NCBI GenBank assembly: GCA_048268485.1
Contig: JBLWVL010000002.1
Location: 64,665-128,664, forward strand
Source: Oceanospirillum sp.
GTDB lineage: Bacteria; Pseudomonadota; Gammaproteobacteria; Pseudomonadales; Halomonadaceae
Reading direction: 5' to 3'
Length of the DNA: 64,000 nucleotides
The notes under the pieces are model-generated. The model ran no database searches, was not told the origin of the DNA, and was given only the letters and a program-made list of their open reading frames with translations. Position 1 is the stretch's first letter. Every line of letters begins with the position of its first letter. The translations under genes and the position numbers were made by a program. Of this stretch, positions 40,423-50,238 are shown one piece after another.

Positions 40423-40923
40423 TCAGTCCGAATGCTTATTCAGCAATTTGTTCAGCCGCTCGCGATCTTCTTCTGAAATCTGCTGGGCATCTTTCGCTGC
40501 TTTGCGATTGCCACGCAGCAAGAAAAAAACAACCATGCCCGCCAGAAGCAGTAGTGCGAATGGACCGAACCAGAGCAGATAGGTCAGTGAGTTTACCGGC
40601 GGCTCGTACAGCACAAAATTGCCGTAGCGGGCGACCATAAAGTCAAGAATTTCATCATCGGTATACCCTTCGTTCAACAAGCGGTAAACCTGCTGACGCA
40701 GATCCGCAGCGATACCGGCATCGGAGTCAATGATGTTCTGGTTCTGACATTTCGGACAACGCAGTACCGCTGCTAACTCCTGATAACGGGTGCGCAGCTC
40801 ATCATTTTTAAATTCGAAGGCATCGATAGTTGCCTGAACAGCCGGAGCGTAGGAAAGCGCAGCAACTGCGGACAGAGCAATCAGCAGAGCCAACCACAGA
40901 GCTTTTATCTTGTTCAGCGCCAT
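40423..40923 (-). CDS. ccmH: Cytochrome c-type biogenesis protein CcmH
   Basis: LRCPKCQNQ (CxxC) and a C-terminal TM. Start taken at ATG 40923, which has GGAGGT about 9 nt upstream. Confidence 0.85.
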   Translation of the reverse strand: MALNKIKALWLALLIALSAVAALSYAPAVQATIDAFEFKNDELRTRYQELAAVLRCPKCQNQNIIDSDAGIAADLRQQVYRLLNEGYTDDEILDFMVARYGNFVLYEPPVNSLTYLLWFGPFALLLLAGMVVFFLLRGNRKAAKDAQQISEEDRERLNKLLNKHSD

Positions 40924-40931
40924 GCGTTCAC

Positions 40932-41462
40932 CTACCTCCATTTGTTAACTTCCGGCAGTAACTCGTTCAGCCAGACCTGACGGTCAATCACCCCCACAAA
41001 GCGATAGCGGACAATACCGTCTTTATCGACAATATAGGTTTCCGGTGCGCCATAAACGCCAAGATCAAGACCAACACGACCATCCTCATCAAACAGGCTG
41101 AACTGGTAAGGGTCCATATATTCATCCAGCCAACGGATCGCTTCCGGGCGGGTATCCTTGTAATTCAGACCGAAGATTTTCAGACCACTCTCTTTAGCAA
41201 TACGCACCAGCTCCGGATGCTCCTGCCGGCAGGCTACACACCAGGTTGCCCAGACGTTAACCAGAGACACCTCACCTTTAAGGGCGTCTGCAGTAATCGA
41301 TGCGTTCTCATTTTTCACGGTGCTCAGATTGAAAGCAGGGAATGGCTTACCGACCAAAGCTGAAGGAAGTTCACGAGGGTCGAGTTTCAGGCCCTGCCAG
41401 AGAAAAATACCCATAATGAAAAAGATCACCAGTGGGATAAAAAACATCAGACGGCGCTTCAC
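40932..41462 (-). CDS. ccmG: Thiol:disulfide interchange protein DsbE/CcmG
   Basis: Thioredoxin fold with WATWCVACRQE and GVYGAPETY. Confidence 0.9.
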   Translation of the reverse strand: MKRRLMFFIPLVIFFIMGIFLWQGLKLDPRELPSALVGKPFPAFNLSTVKNENASITADALKGEVSLVNVWATWCVACRQEHPELVRIAKESGLKIFGLNYKDTRPEAIRWLDEYMDPYQFSLFDEDGRVGLDLGVYGAPETYIVDKDGIVRYRFVGVIDRQVWLNELLPEVNKWR

Positions 41463-43495
41463 ACGGTAACTCCTTCTGTGGATAAATCACTGTTATCTGA
41501 TACAGGCTTGTCAACAGACTCAGCATCTTGCTTGGTTTTTATGTCACGGGCTGCCATACGGCGGTAGCGCTTGTCCAGAGCAGCCAATAGGCCACCCAAG
41601 GTCATGACCACACCACCGATCCACAACCAGCGAACATAGGGTTTGTGCTGAACACGCATCGCCCAGGCACCACCTTCCAGCGGTTCGCCCATAGCAACAT
41701 AGATATCCCGGAAAATTCCCCAATCGATCGCGGCTTCGGTCATCACTTGATTACGGGCTATATAACGGCGCTTCTGGGGGTACATCACCGCTTCCAACTC
41801 GTCATCCAGATAAACACGAATCTCAGCCTGGTCCGCTGTCCAGTTAGGGCCATCGACATGTTTAACTTCTACCATCTCAAAACGGTAGTCACCGGCTTCA
41901 GCGCTGCCTCCCGGCACCAGACGAACATCACGTTCCAGGGTGTAGTTAGACACCATTGCCATACCAACAACGGTAATTGCCGCTCCAAGGTGACCCAGCA
42001 CCATCCCCCAATAGCTACGCCCCAGCCCTTTCAGACTCGTATAGTTCCAACCTTTATTCTTCAGCTTCTCTCTCATATCACGCAGCTGAGTAAAGGTGAT
42101 CCAAAACGCCAGCGTCATACCGACAAAGACGTAAGTGTTCCATTCTCCATCCGTGATAAAAGGCAAGGCCGCGCCCAGCATCAGACTGAGCACACCGGAC
42201 AACCAGATACGCTGTTTCAGTACCGGCCAGCCAATATCTTTCCAACGGGAAGCAGGACCAAGTCCCATGAAGATACCCAACACACTCATCAGAGGGACAA
42301 ATACCGCATTAAAGTATGGAGGCCCTACAGATATCTTACCCAGCCCCATCGCATCCAACAGTAGTGGGTACAGGGTACCCAGCAACACCGTCACCATAAC
42401 GATAACCAACAGGATGTTATTCATCAGCAGGAAAAACTCACGGGAGATCCAGCTAAAACCAATTTTGGCCTTCACTTCCGGTGCGCGCAGCGCATAAAGC
42501 ACAAAGGAGCCGCCGATACAGATCGCCAACAGCGCCAAAATGTAATAGCCGCGCTCAGGATCGGTCGCAAAAGCGTGTACCGAAGTCAACACACCGGAAC
42601 GTACCAGGAAGGTACCCAGCAGACTCAGGGAGAAAGCGATAATCGCCAGCAGTACCGTCCAGTTCTTAAACACACCGCGTTTTTCAGTGACCGCCAGCGA
42701 GTGCATCAGAGCAGTACCCACCAACCAAGGCATAAAGGATGCGTTTTCTACCGGGTCCCAGAACCACCAGCCACCCCAGCCAAGTTCGTAGTAAGCCCAC
42801 CAGCTGCCCAATGCGATACCCAGCGTCAGGAACGCCCAGGCAACAGATGTCCATGGACGGGACCAACGTGCCCACGCCGTATCCAGACGACCACCAATAA
42901 GCGCGGCAATAGCAAAAGCAAAAGCAACAGAGAAGCCCACATAGCCCATATAAAGCATTGGCGGATGAACAATCAGACCAAAATCCTGCAGCAAGGGGTT
43001 AAGGTCACCACCATCCGATGGGAAGTTTGGCAGAAAGCGATCAAAAGGATTTGAGGTTAATAAGACAAAGGAGATAAAACCGACACTGATCATACCCAGC
43101 ACAGAGATTACCCGGGCCAGCATATCGTCCGGAAGACTGCGGCTAAAGAGAGTAACCGCAAAACTCCATGCCGCCAGAATCCAGACCCAAAGTAGCAGAG
43201 AGCCTTCATGCCCCCCCCAAACCGCACTGATTTTATAAGCGGTTGGCAAAGCACTGTTGGAATTATTAGCCACATAAGCAACGGAGAAGTCATCCGTCAC
43301 AAAGGCATAAGCCAGAATGACCAGAGCCAGAGAGACAAAGAAGAATTGCCCCCAAACCATCGGCGAGCCATAGCTCATCCAGCCGGTCATTCTCAATTGA
43401 GCACCTAACAAAGGAACAACAGACTGAATCAGCGCCATGACAAGCGCAAGAATCAGTGCATAGTGCCCCAGCTCAGGGAACATTAGTGCGGTCAT
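41459..43495 (-). CDS. ccmF: Cytochrome c heme lyase subunit CcmF
   Basis: 678-aa polytopic protein with the WGGWWFWDPVEN (WWD) motif. Confidence 0.95.
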   Translation of the reverse strand: MTALMFPELGHYALILALVMALIQSVVPLLGAQLRMTGWMSYGSPMVWGQFFFVSLALVILAYAFVTDDFSVAYVANNSNSALPTAYKISAVWGGHEGSLLLWVWILAAWSFAVTLFSRSLPDDMLARVISVLGMISVGFISFVLLTSNPFDRFLPNFPSDGGDLNPLLQDFGLIVHPPMLYMGYVGFSVAFAFAIAALIGGRLDTAWARWSRPWTSVAWAFLTLGIALGSWWAYYELGWGGWWFWDPVENASFMPWLVGTALMHSLAVTEKRGVFKNWTVLLAIIAFSLSLLGTFLVRSGVLTSVHAFATDPERGYYILALLAICIGGSFVLYALRAPEVKAKIGFSWISREFFLLMNNILLVIVMVTVLLGTLYPLLLDAMGLGKISVGPPYFNAVFVPLMSVLGIFMGLGPASRWKDIGWPVLKQRIWLSGVLSLMLGAALPFITDGEWNTYVFVGMTLAFWITFTQLRDMREKLKNKGWNYTSLKGLGRSYWGMVLGHLGAAITVVGMAMVSNYTLERDVRLVPGGSAEAGDYRFEMVEVKHVDGPNWTADQAEIRVYLDDELEAVMYPQKRRYIARNQVMTEAAIDWGIFRDIYVAMGEPLEGGAWAMRVQHKPYVRWLWIGGVVMTLGGLLAALDKRYRRMAARDIKTKQDAESVDKPVSDNSDLSTEGVTV

Positions 43496-43611
43496 AGTAA
43501 CCTCAGTGATTAAAAAAGATATTCTTTGCTGCTGCCGGTCCGCTGCTTAAGGACACAGGCAGACTTCAGATAGAACAAAGCCCGAATCAATCGGGCCCGC
43601 TCATTAATGCG

Positions 43612-44073
43612 TTATTGTGCCGGCGCAGTGTTCTCGCCATAAGCAGTTTTACCGCTGGCGTTCAGTGCTGCCTCTACTTCCGGTGGCATATAGTTTTCAT
43701 CATGCTTGGCCAGAACCTCAGAGGCTTCAAACTGCCCTTTGGCATTCATGGAACCCATGGTGACAATACCCTGTCCCTCACGAAACAGGTCCGGAAGAAT
43801 ACCGCTGTACTTAACAACAACGTCATGTTTGAAATCTGTCACCGCAAACTCAACATCCAAACTATCAGGAGCACGCACAATACTGCCTTCAACCACCATG
43901 CCGCCGGCACGGATGCGCTGGCCCACAGGTGCCTCACCTTCAGCGATCTGAGTTGGCGTGTAGAAAAGGTTAATATTCTCCGACAGGGCAAACAGCACAA
44001 GGCCTACCGCTACAGCCACCGCAGCAACCATAGAACTTAACAGGACAAGCTTCTTTTTACGTTTCGGATTCAT
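43612..44073 (-). CDS. ccmE: Heme chaperone CcmE
   Basis: N-terminal anchor, OB fold, and [13 protein letters not shown] containing the heme-binding His. Confidence 0.95.
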   Translation of the reverse strand: MNPKRKKKLVLLSSMVAAVAVAVGLVLFALSENINLFYTPTQIAEGEAPVGQRIRAGGMVVEGSIVRAPDSLDVEFAVTDFKHDVVVKYSGILPDLFREGQGIVTMGSMNAKGQFEASEVLAKHDENYMPPEVEAALNASGKTAYGENTAPAQ

Positions 44074-44249
44074 GATGTTTTTTGCTCCCGGCGCAGCTTA
44101 CGCGCCTGCTCTTTAACCAGCTGACGTTTGTGCATAATGGGTAGCACAACATTAACCACCAGCAGTACAGCACTTAACCCATAGGCCATCCAGACATAAA
44201 GCCCGTGACCACCCATATTTAAAAACTCAGAAAAAGACTCAAAATACAT
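44070..44249 (-). CDS. ccmD: Heme exporter protein D (CcmD), 59 aa
   Basis: My translation reads [59 protein letters not shown]. It has a single TM and a basic tail. Its TGA overlaps the ccmE ATG (ATGA), and it sits in the expected slot between ccmC and ccmE. It is below the ORF-track length cutoff. Confidence 0.8.
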   Translation of the reverse strand: MYFESFSEFLNMGGHGLYVWMAYGLSAVLLVVNVVLPIMHKRQLVKEQARKLRREQKTS

Positions 44250-44342
44250 AACGTTTTCTCAACCGATTCTTTATGAGCCCCTGCACACTGACTCTATTCG
44301 ACAGGCAGACGGCTCAGGGTTCAATCCTGTTTCAATTATTCC

Positions 44343-45095
44343 TCAACCCCTATTGCTGAGCAGCCCCTGAACCCACTGGGTACGCTTCTCACGCTCCAGA
44401 ATCTCATTACGGGTGCGCATCATCAGAATCACAGCAAAGAAACAGTAAAATCCAATCACCATCACCAGAAGCGGCATCCACATTTCAGCAGGCATAGCTG
44501 GTTTTTCAGTCAATTTGAACGTGGCAGGCTGATGCAAAGTGTTCCACCACTCAACGGAGTACTTAATGATAGGGATATTCACCACACCAACCAGAGAAAG
44601 AATGGCACTGGCACGGGCGGCTGACTGTTTGCTGTCAAAGGCCGACTGCAGAGCGATTACGCCAAAGTAAAGGAACAGTAAAATCAGCATAGAAGTCAGC
44701 CGGGCATCCCAGACCCACCAAGCTCCCCATGTCGGCTTCCCCCAAACAGCTCCGGTAAAAAGAGCGATAAAAGTCATAGTTGCACCAACCGGCGCACAAG
44801 ACTTGGCAACCATATCAGCCACCTTCATCTTCCAGATCAGCCCAATACCGCCGGCTATCGCCATCGCAAAGAAGATCGACTGAGCCAGAATTGCAGCCGG
44901 AACATGAATATAGATAATCCGGAAGCTATTTCCTTGCTGATAGTCAGCTGGGGCAAAAGCCAGCCCCCAGATGGTTCCGATCGTAATCAAAAGAACAGCC
45001 GCTGCGGCAAACCAGGGAATCCAGCGACCAGTAATCTCATAAAACCATTTTGGTGAGCCCATTCGGTGAAACCAGGCGACAAATGTTTTCCACAT
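44343..45095 (-). CDS. ccmC: Heme exporter protein C
   Basis: WGKPTWGAWWVWDARLTS (WWD motif), six TM segments. Confidence 0.95.
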   Translation of the reverse strand: MWKTFVAWFHRMGSPKWFYEITGRWIPWFAAAAVLLITIGTIWGLAFAPADYQQGNSFRIIYIHVPAAILAQSIFFAMAIAGGIGLIWKMKVADMVAKSCAPVGATMTFIALFTGAVWGKPTWGAWWVWDARLTSMLILLFLYFGVIALQSAFDSKQSAARASAILSLVGVVNIPIIKYSVEWWNTLHQPATFKLTEKPAMPAEMWMPLLVMVIGFYCFFAVILMMRTRNEILEREKRTQWVQGLLSNRG

Positions 45096-45123
45096 GATGC
45101 TTACTCAAACTCTCTTCTTTCGA

Positions 45124-45873
45124 TTAACCATTCAGGCTGATGCGCAACGCCGCACCGGCAGCCAAGGGAGACAAAACCAGCGCTGTCATCAACATAGCGC
45201 CCATGATAGCCAGGTGACCAGACACTGCCATTCCATTTACCGCGGCAATGACAGAGCCTGTTCCGAAAATCAGAACAGGGATATACAGCGGTAAAATCAA
45301 TAAAGTCATCAGCACTCCGGTTCGGCGCAAGCCCACAGTCAGTGCTGCTCCGATAGCCCCAACCAGGCTCAACGTTGGTGTACCCAGAAGTAGGCTTAGG
45401 AACAAGACGCCAAACCCCTCATCCGGCAGAAACATCATCACACCCAGCAAAGGTGCAAGCAGTGTCAGAGGAAGTCCAGTTACCAGCCAATGAACCAACA
45501 CCTTAGATAAAACCATCACCGCCAGAGGGTGAGGACTGATAACTAACTGCTCCAGGGAACCATCGGCCATATCCTGCTGAAACAGACTATCCAGAGACAA
45601 CAAAGTTGCCAGTAGCGCAGCAACCCAGAGAACGCCGGCGGCTATCTGTGCCAGAAAATCAGATTCGGGACTAATCCCCAACGGAAAGAGAGTCACCGCA
45701 ATGGTAAAAAACAGCAAAGGGTTGACGATGTCCGAGCGGCGGCGAAACACCAGTAACAGATCCCGCTTCAGAGTACCGGTAAAAGCACGCCAGCTACTGG
45801 TCTGCACACCCTCTTCACGTCGTACAACACGCTGTTTTTCCTGAGCAAGTTGAGGGTTCACATCATTCGCCAT
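45124..45873 (-). CDS. ccmB: Heme exporter protein B
   Basis: Polytopic CcmB family. Its ATG overlaps the ccmA TGA (ATGA at 45871-45875). Confidence 0.9.
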   Translation of the reverse strand: MANDVNPQLAQEKQRVVRREEGVQTSSWRAFTGTLKRDLLLVFRRRSDIVNPLLFFTIAVTLFPLGISPESDFLAQIAAGVLWVAALLATLLSLDSLFQQDMADGSLEQLVISPHPLAVMVLSKVLVHWLVTGLPLTLLAPLLGVMMFLPDEGFGVLFLSLLLGTPTLSLVGAIGAALTVGLRRTGVLMTLLILPLYIPVLIFGTGSVIAAVNGMAVSGHLAIMGAMLMTALVLSPLAAGAALRISLNG

Positions 45874-46571
45874 CAGACTTGCCCCGTCTCAGATTGGTGA
45901 CTCTGACCCAGTTGAATCACGTTAAGTTCCGTCGGCAGGGAAAGATTGTGATGGGTGGTCAAAATGACACCTCCGCCCTGTTGAGCATGGTCAGCAATCA
46001 GCTGCTCAATCTCTTTTACACCGCCCTGATCGATCGCTGTAAAGGGCTCATCCAGAACCCACAAAGGTGCCGCATGCAAAAAAAGGCGAGCCAGTGAGAC
46101 CCGGCGATGCTGTCCTGCAGACAGCGTGTAACAAGGTACATCTTCAAAACCGGTCAGCTTGACCTGAGCCAAAGCATGATAGATCTGATCAGTATCTGCC
46201 GGATGATAAAGCGACTGGTACCAGCGCAGATTCTCTTCTGGGGTCAGATTCAGCTTGATACCGGGCTGATGACCGATAAAGAGCAGGTTTTCACGAAAAT
46301 AATCAGGATCATCAGAAACAGGCTGACCTTGAAAAAAAAGTTCACCATCATAATCCGGTAACAGACCTGCAAGAATACGCAGTAAGGATGTCTTACCGGT
46401 TCCGTTAGGACCCGCTATCTGCAGCACATCTTTGCTGTGCAGCTTAAAATCGAGATCACTGAACAGCAACCGGTCATCCCGCTCACATGCCAGCCCCTGC
46501 CCTGATAGCAATTCTTGCACGTATCTAACCTTTTTGATGGATCTGCCGATAAGCAAATGAAGAGTACCCAA
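45873..46571 (-). CDS. ccmA: Cytochrome c biogenesis ATP-binding export protein CcmA
   Basis: Walker A GPNGTGKTS, signature LSAGQHRR, Walker B LWVLDEP. The true start may be the GTG at 46520. Confidence 0.9.
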   Translation of the reverse strand: MGTLHLLIGRSIKKVRYVQELLSGQGLACERDDRLLFSDLDFKLHSKDVLQIAGPNGTGKTSLLRILAGLLPDYDGELFFQGQPVSDDPDYFRENLLFIGHQPGIKLNLTPEENLRWYQSLYHPADTDQIYHALAQVKLTGFEDVPCYTLSAGQHRRVSLARLFLHAAPLWVLDEPFTAIDQGGVKEIEQLIADHAQQGGGVILTTHHNLSLPTELNVIQLGQSHQSETGQV

Positions 46572-46727
46572 AAGTGAGTACTCAGCCTAAACTCAGGCAA
46601 TGAAAACATGGATGGGTTTTGCCGTGCTGAACTTCACTGCACACTCGGACAAAACCACAAAAGAGCGCACTTTACTACGATTCATTCTATTGCGCTACAG
46701 ACCTACATCAAGGTCTGGTAAGCCACA

Positions 46728-48794
46728 GTGCCTTATAAACATGCTGAAAAACAGGTTGTTATGCTAGATCAAGTTTTACAGACAAGGGTTGACCAGCAAA
46801 TGGCTGCGCTTATGGGAGCAATCCGGGCAGCTGTCACTGGTAATACAGGGCTCAGTCAGGGCCAAACTGCTTTAGCCGTGGTACAGGCTGCCGTTAATGC
46901 CGGGGTTCAGAACCAGTATTCCGGTAGCCATTCGCCACAGCCTCCCTCCGATGGAACCGGCAAGCAAAGCAATCCTTCTTCAGCCAGTACAGGTACAGCC
47001 CAAACCAGCACAGGAACAGCTCAAACAACGGCAACTGCAAGCACGGCAGCGAATGGCGCAACCAGCACAGGGGCAAACAGTGTTCAGACAGCAGCCAATA
47101 TTACAGCTCAAACAACAGCTGCTCAGCTTGCAACAGCCGCTCAGTCTTTAACCCTTGCAGCCCAGCATGCCAACCTTAACAGTACAAACCAGTCTGCGTC
47201 GCAGGCACAAGCAATACTTCAGGCTCAGGCCGCTTTGCAGGCGACTCCACAGACTATCACTCAGGCACAAGCACAAGCCTTAGTGAATCAGGTGCAAGCT
47301 CAGACATCTTCTGCTATGGCTGCCGCTCTTGCCAATACTGCAGCATCCGCTGGGGCAACTCAGCTTAGTTCAGGGGGACTAAGCACCCAATCAAATGGGC
47401 AAAACTTAACATCAGCACCAGCACAAAACCCGACAGCAGGTGCCCCCTCTCAGAACACCACTACCCCGGGGGCAACCAATACGCCTCAAAGAACTCATAG
47501 CCAAGCCCCCATCACAGCCGGAGCTACGTCAACAGCTCAGTCAGGAGCAAGCACCAGTCAGCCCTCTGGGCCTCAAACAGCTGTAAATACAGCTGCTTCC
47601 ACCCAGGCTTTAAGTCAACCAACGACTATGACCTCAGCTGTTCGGGTTTTAATCCCACAAACAGGTCAGAGCATTGAATTACCGCAACTCAAGCCATTGC
47701 CCGCGGGCACTCAGATTACACTGCGCCAGGCCAACTCTACGCATGTTGATATATTAAAGGTTCAACTACCGCAAAATCAGCAAGCTAACCAGATTCAAAA
47801 CACCCAACCACATCAGCTAACACAAACACAGGCAAATAGTGCTGTTGCTAACCAGGTCGCGCAAAAGGTTGCATTACAACAAACGGTAATGTCTGCTCTC
47901 AGGGAGGCGTTACCTGTTCAGCAGCCTGTAAGCGATACGATCAGTCGCGTTCAATCTCTTGTATCACAGCTTAGCCCAGCGATGCGGGACAACCCGGCAT
48001 TACAACAGGCCGTGCAGATAATTGACAAAGCAACACTTAAACTATCTTCAGAAGCTGCTCCAACAGCCCAGTCTGTTAAACAGAGCATTCAACGCAGCGG
48101 CGTCTTCCATGAAGCGGTCATGATGCAGGCATTACAGCAGGCAACAATGCCAACAGGAACTCCAATTGCGCCAGTAGGTGACGACCTGAAAGGGGCTTTT
48201 TTCCAGATCTTCCGTCAGTTAACCCGCGGAGGCCGATCAGAAGGAGGCCAGGAAAAATCCTCTTCGAGTAGCGCAAAAACCGGCACAGAGGCAACAGCAG
48301 AGAGCAAGCAGAGTAGTCAAGCTCAGCTATCCCGTGCTGTCAATGAAGGCCTGGCCCGCATCCGAAGCAACCAGCTACAAAGCAGCCCGGCTATGCGTGG
48401 TGCAGACCCTGTGGCCAGCAATGCGATCCAGACAGATATTCCCGTCGCTTTCAACGGCCAGCTATCCGAGGTTAAGGTTAAAATCGATCAGGAGATATGG
48501 CCAGAGAATCAGTCACCTGAAAATGGCGAAGAATATCAACGGCGCTGGGTTATTAATCTCAGTTTTTCTCCACCGGAGCTGGGCAACTTACATGCAAGGC
48601 TGCTGTATCAGAATGAAAAACTGAAAACTCATCTCTGGGTCGAGCAGGATGAAAATTTGCCCGGCGTCAGCAAACAACTTCATGAGCTGAAAGATCGCTT
48701 AGCAGCGCTTGGCATAGAGATTGAAGAAGTTCGTTGTCAGGCGGGCAGGCCAGAGACAGTTCCAGACCCCACCGTTTTGAGTCTTAAAGCATGA
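46728..48794 (+). CDS. FliK-like (flagellar hook-length control-like) protein with a long Q/A/T/S-rich region
   Basis: The C-terminal block RRWVINLSFSPPELGNLHARLLYQNEKLKTHLWVEQDENLPGVSKQLHELKDRLAALGIEIEEV resembles the FliK C-terminal (Flg_hook) domain. The start is uncertain (GTG 46728 or ATG 46761). Confidence 0.65.
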   Translation: MPYKHAEKQVVMLDQVLQTRVDQQMAALMGAIRAAVTGNTGLSQGQTALAVVQAAVNAGVQNQYSGSHSPQPPSDGTGKQSNPSSASTGTAQTSTGTAQTTATASTAANGATSTGANSVQTAANITAQTTAAQLATAAQSLTLAAQHANLNSTNQSASQAQAILQAQAALQATPQTITQAQAQALVNQVQAQTSSAMAAALANTAASAGATQLSSGGLSTQSNGQNLTSAPAQNPTAGAPSQNTTTPGATNTPQRTHSQAPITAGATSTAQSGASTSQPSGPQTAVNTAASTQALSQPTTMTSAVRVLIPQTGQSIELPQLKPLPAGTQITLRQANSTHVDILKVQLPQNQQANQIQNTQPHQLTQTQANSAVANQVAQKVALQQTVMSALREALPVQQPVSDTISRVQSLVSQLSPAMRDNPALQQAVQIIDKATLKLSSEAAPTAQSVKQSIQRSGVFHEAVMMQALQQATMPTGTPIAPVGDDLKGAFFQIFRQLTRGGRSEGGQEKSSSSSAKTGTEATAESKQSSQAQLSRAVNEGLARIRSNQLQSSPAMRGADPVASNAIQTDIPVAFNGQLSEVKVKIDQEIWPENQSPENGEEYQRRWVINLSFSPPELGNLHARLLYQNEKLKTHLWVEQDENLPGVSKQLHELKDRLAALGIEIEEVRCQAGRPETVPDPTVLSLKA

Positions 48795-49150
48795 AACCTT
48801 CAGTGATCCAGGAAACAGCCCGGTCAAAGCCCTCAAATAAAAAAGCAGTAGCTCTGCAATACGAGGGATTCAACACCCCGAGGGTAACAGCAAAAGGCGA
48901 ACACCTACTAGCTGAACAAATCGTTCATCTGGCACGTGAAAATAATATCCCAGTTTATGAGGATAGTGGACTGGTTCAGGCCCTTGCTCAGGTTGAGCTG
49001 GGTGAGGAGATCCCTGAACTGCTTTATATGGCCATCGCCGAAATCATTGCGTTTATCTACCAGTTGGAAAGAACCCAAAATGGTACCGAAAAAATTCGCA
49101 AAGACGTGCTCTCCCGACGGGACATGCTAAAAAACAAATATAAAAACTAA
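48791..49150 (+). CDS. Stand-alone FlhB C-terminal-domain-like protein (EscU/YscU/FlhB-C family, no TM domain, no NPTH)
   Basis: It aligns by eye with residues ~275-350 of the FlhB encoded at 61102-62238. Its ATG overlaps the stop of the upstream FliK-like gene. Confidence 0.75.
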   Translation: MKPSVIQETARSKPSNKKAVALQYEGFNTPRVTAKGEHLLAEQIVHLARENNIPVYEDSGLVQALAQVELGEEIPELLYMAIAEIIAFIYQLERTQNGTEKIRKDVLSRRDMLKNKYKN

Positions 49151-49173
49151 AAGCACCCAAATGGGTGCTTTTA
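49148..49173. terminator. Bidirectional terminator between the flhB-C-like gene and the DUF2802 gene
   Basis: AAGCACCCA (49151-59) pairs with TGGGTGCTT (49162-70), with flanking A and T runs. Confidence 0.6.
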
Positions 49174-49215
49174 ATATGGCATAAAGCAGCTAGTCTTACA
49201 GATCTTTTTGATACA

Positions 49216-49668
49216 TTAGAAACTATCGTAACTGATGTCACTCTGGCGTCGTTTTTTTAGCTCAGTATGAACCAAGGCTATAAGGTCAGCCTCAACACGC
49301 GCCAAGCCACAATTATCCACCAGGTCATCTGCAGATGCCCCCATTTCAACTAATCTAATAGCATAGTTGTATGGCATGCTACCTGCGTCTTTTTGCTCCA
49401 AATCGACCTGCCGCTCCATCGTTTGGTTGAGTTTCTTCTCAACCTCCAGCAGACGCTGCCCCACACCAATAGATCCACTGCCCATAGCATGGGTCTCATT
49501 ACGGAGCGACTGCACCAGCATTTGTGTTTCATGTTTACTGCGATCAAGAAGGCGACGAAGCGTCATCACCTGCATAACACCATAAACAGCAACAAGAACA
49601 GCAATGATCACTGTTGCCCAAAGTATGAGGTTTGCTAATGAATCCTGCATAAAACTCCCAAAAGCCAC
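49216..49668 (-). CDS. DUF2802-like membrane-anchored protein of the chemotaxis/flagellar cluster
   Basis: N-terminal TM, a coiled segment, and a C-terminal block YNYAIRLVEMGASADDLVDNCGLARVEADLI. It occupies the position after cheW seen in Vibrio and Pseudomonas clusters. Confidence 0.6.
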   Translation of the reverse strand: MAFGSFMQDSLANLILWATVIIAVLVAVYGVMQVMTLRRLLDRSKHETQMLVQSLRNETHAMGSGSIGVGQRLLEVEKKLNQTMERQVDLEQKDAGSMPYNYAIRLVEMGASADDLVDNCGLARVEADLIALVHTELKKRRQSDISYDSF

Positions 49669-49671
49669 AAG

Positions 49672-50163
49672 TTAAAGCGCTGCGACTTCCGCCCACTCTT
49701 CATCACTCATCAGCTTGTTCAGTTCAACCAAAATAAGCAACTGATTGTTCTTATTACATACGCCCTGAATAAACTTAGCACTTTCTTCGTTACCAACATT
49801 TGGTGTGGTTTCGATTTCAGACTGGCGCAGATAAACAACTTCAGAGACCGAGTCGACCATGATACCAACAACTTGCTGGTCAACTTCAATAATCACGATA
49901 CGCGTAGAGTCCGTTGTTTCAGCTGTCATCAAGCCAAAGCGCTGACGGGTATCGATAACGGTCACAACGTTACCGCGCAAGTTGATAATACCTAATACAT
50001 AGGAAGGAGCTCCCGGAACCGGTGCAATTTCAGTATACCGCAGTACTTCCTGAACCTGCATCACATTGATGCCATAGGTCTCATCAGCCAGCCGGAAAGT
50101 TACATACTGCAGAATCGGATCATCAGAACCTGCTGCGTTTTTAGCTTGAACAACATTTGCCAT
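49672..50163 (-). CDS. cheW: Chemotaxis coupling protein CheW
   Basis: Single CheW domain (YVTFRLADETYGINVMQVQEV...IINLRGNVV.VID). Confidence 0.9.
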   Translation of the reverse strand: MANVVQAKNAAGSDDPILQYVTFRLADETYGINVMQVQEVLRYTEIAPVPGAPSYVLGIINLRGNVVTVIDTRQRFGLMTAETTDSTRIVIIEVDQQVVGIMVDSVSEVVYLRQSEIETTPNVGNEESAKFIQGVCNKNNQLLILVELNKLMSDEEWAEVAAL

Positions 50164-50238
50164 GCGAATGCTCCATCTAAATCGGTTAGTCTTGCTTCAT
50201 CAAAACTAAACTCTATTCATAACCGGAAAACCGGCCAG

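Noticed and set aside
46894-48624. Alternate-frame ORFs inside the FliK-like gene
   Set aside because: They are products of the CAG/GCA-rich low-complexity region and have no independent support.
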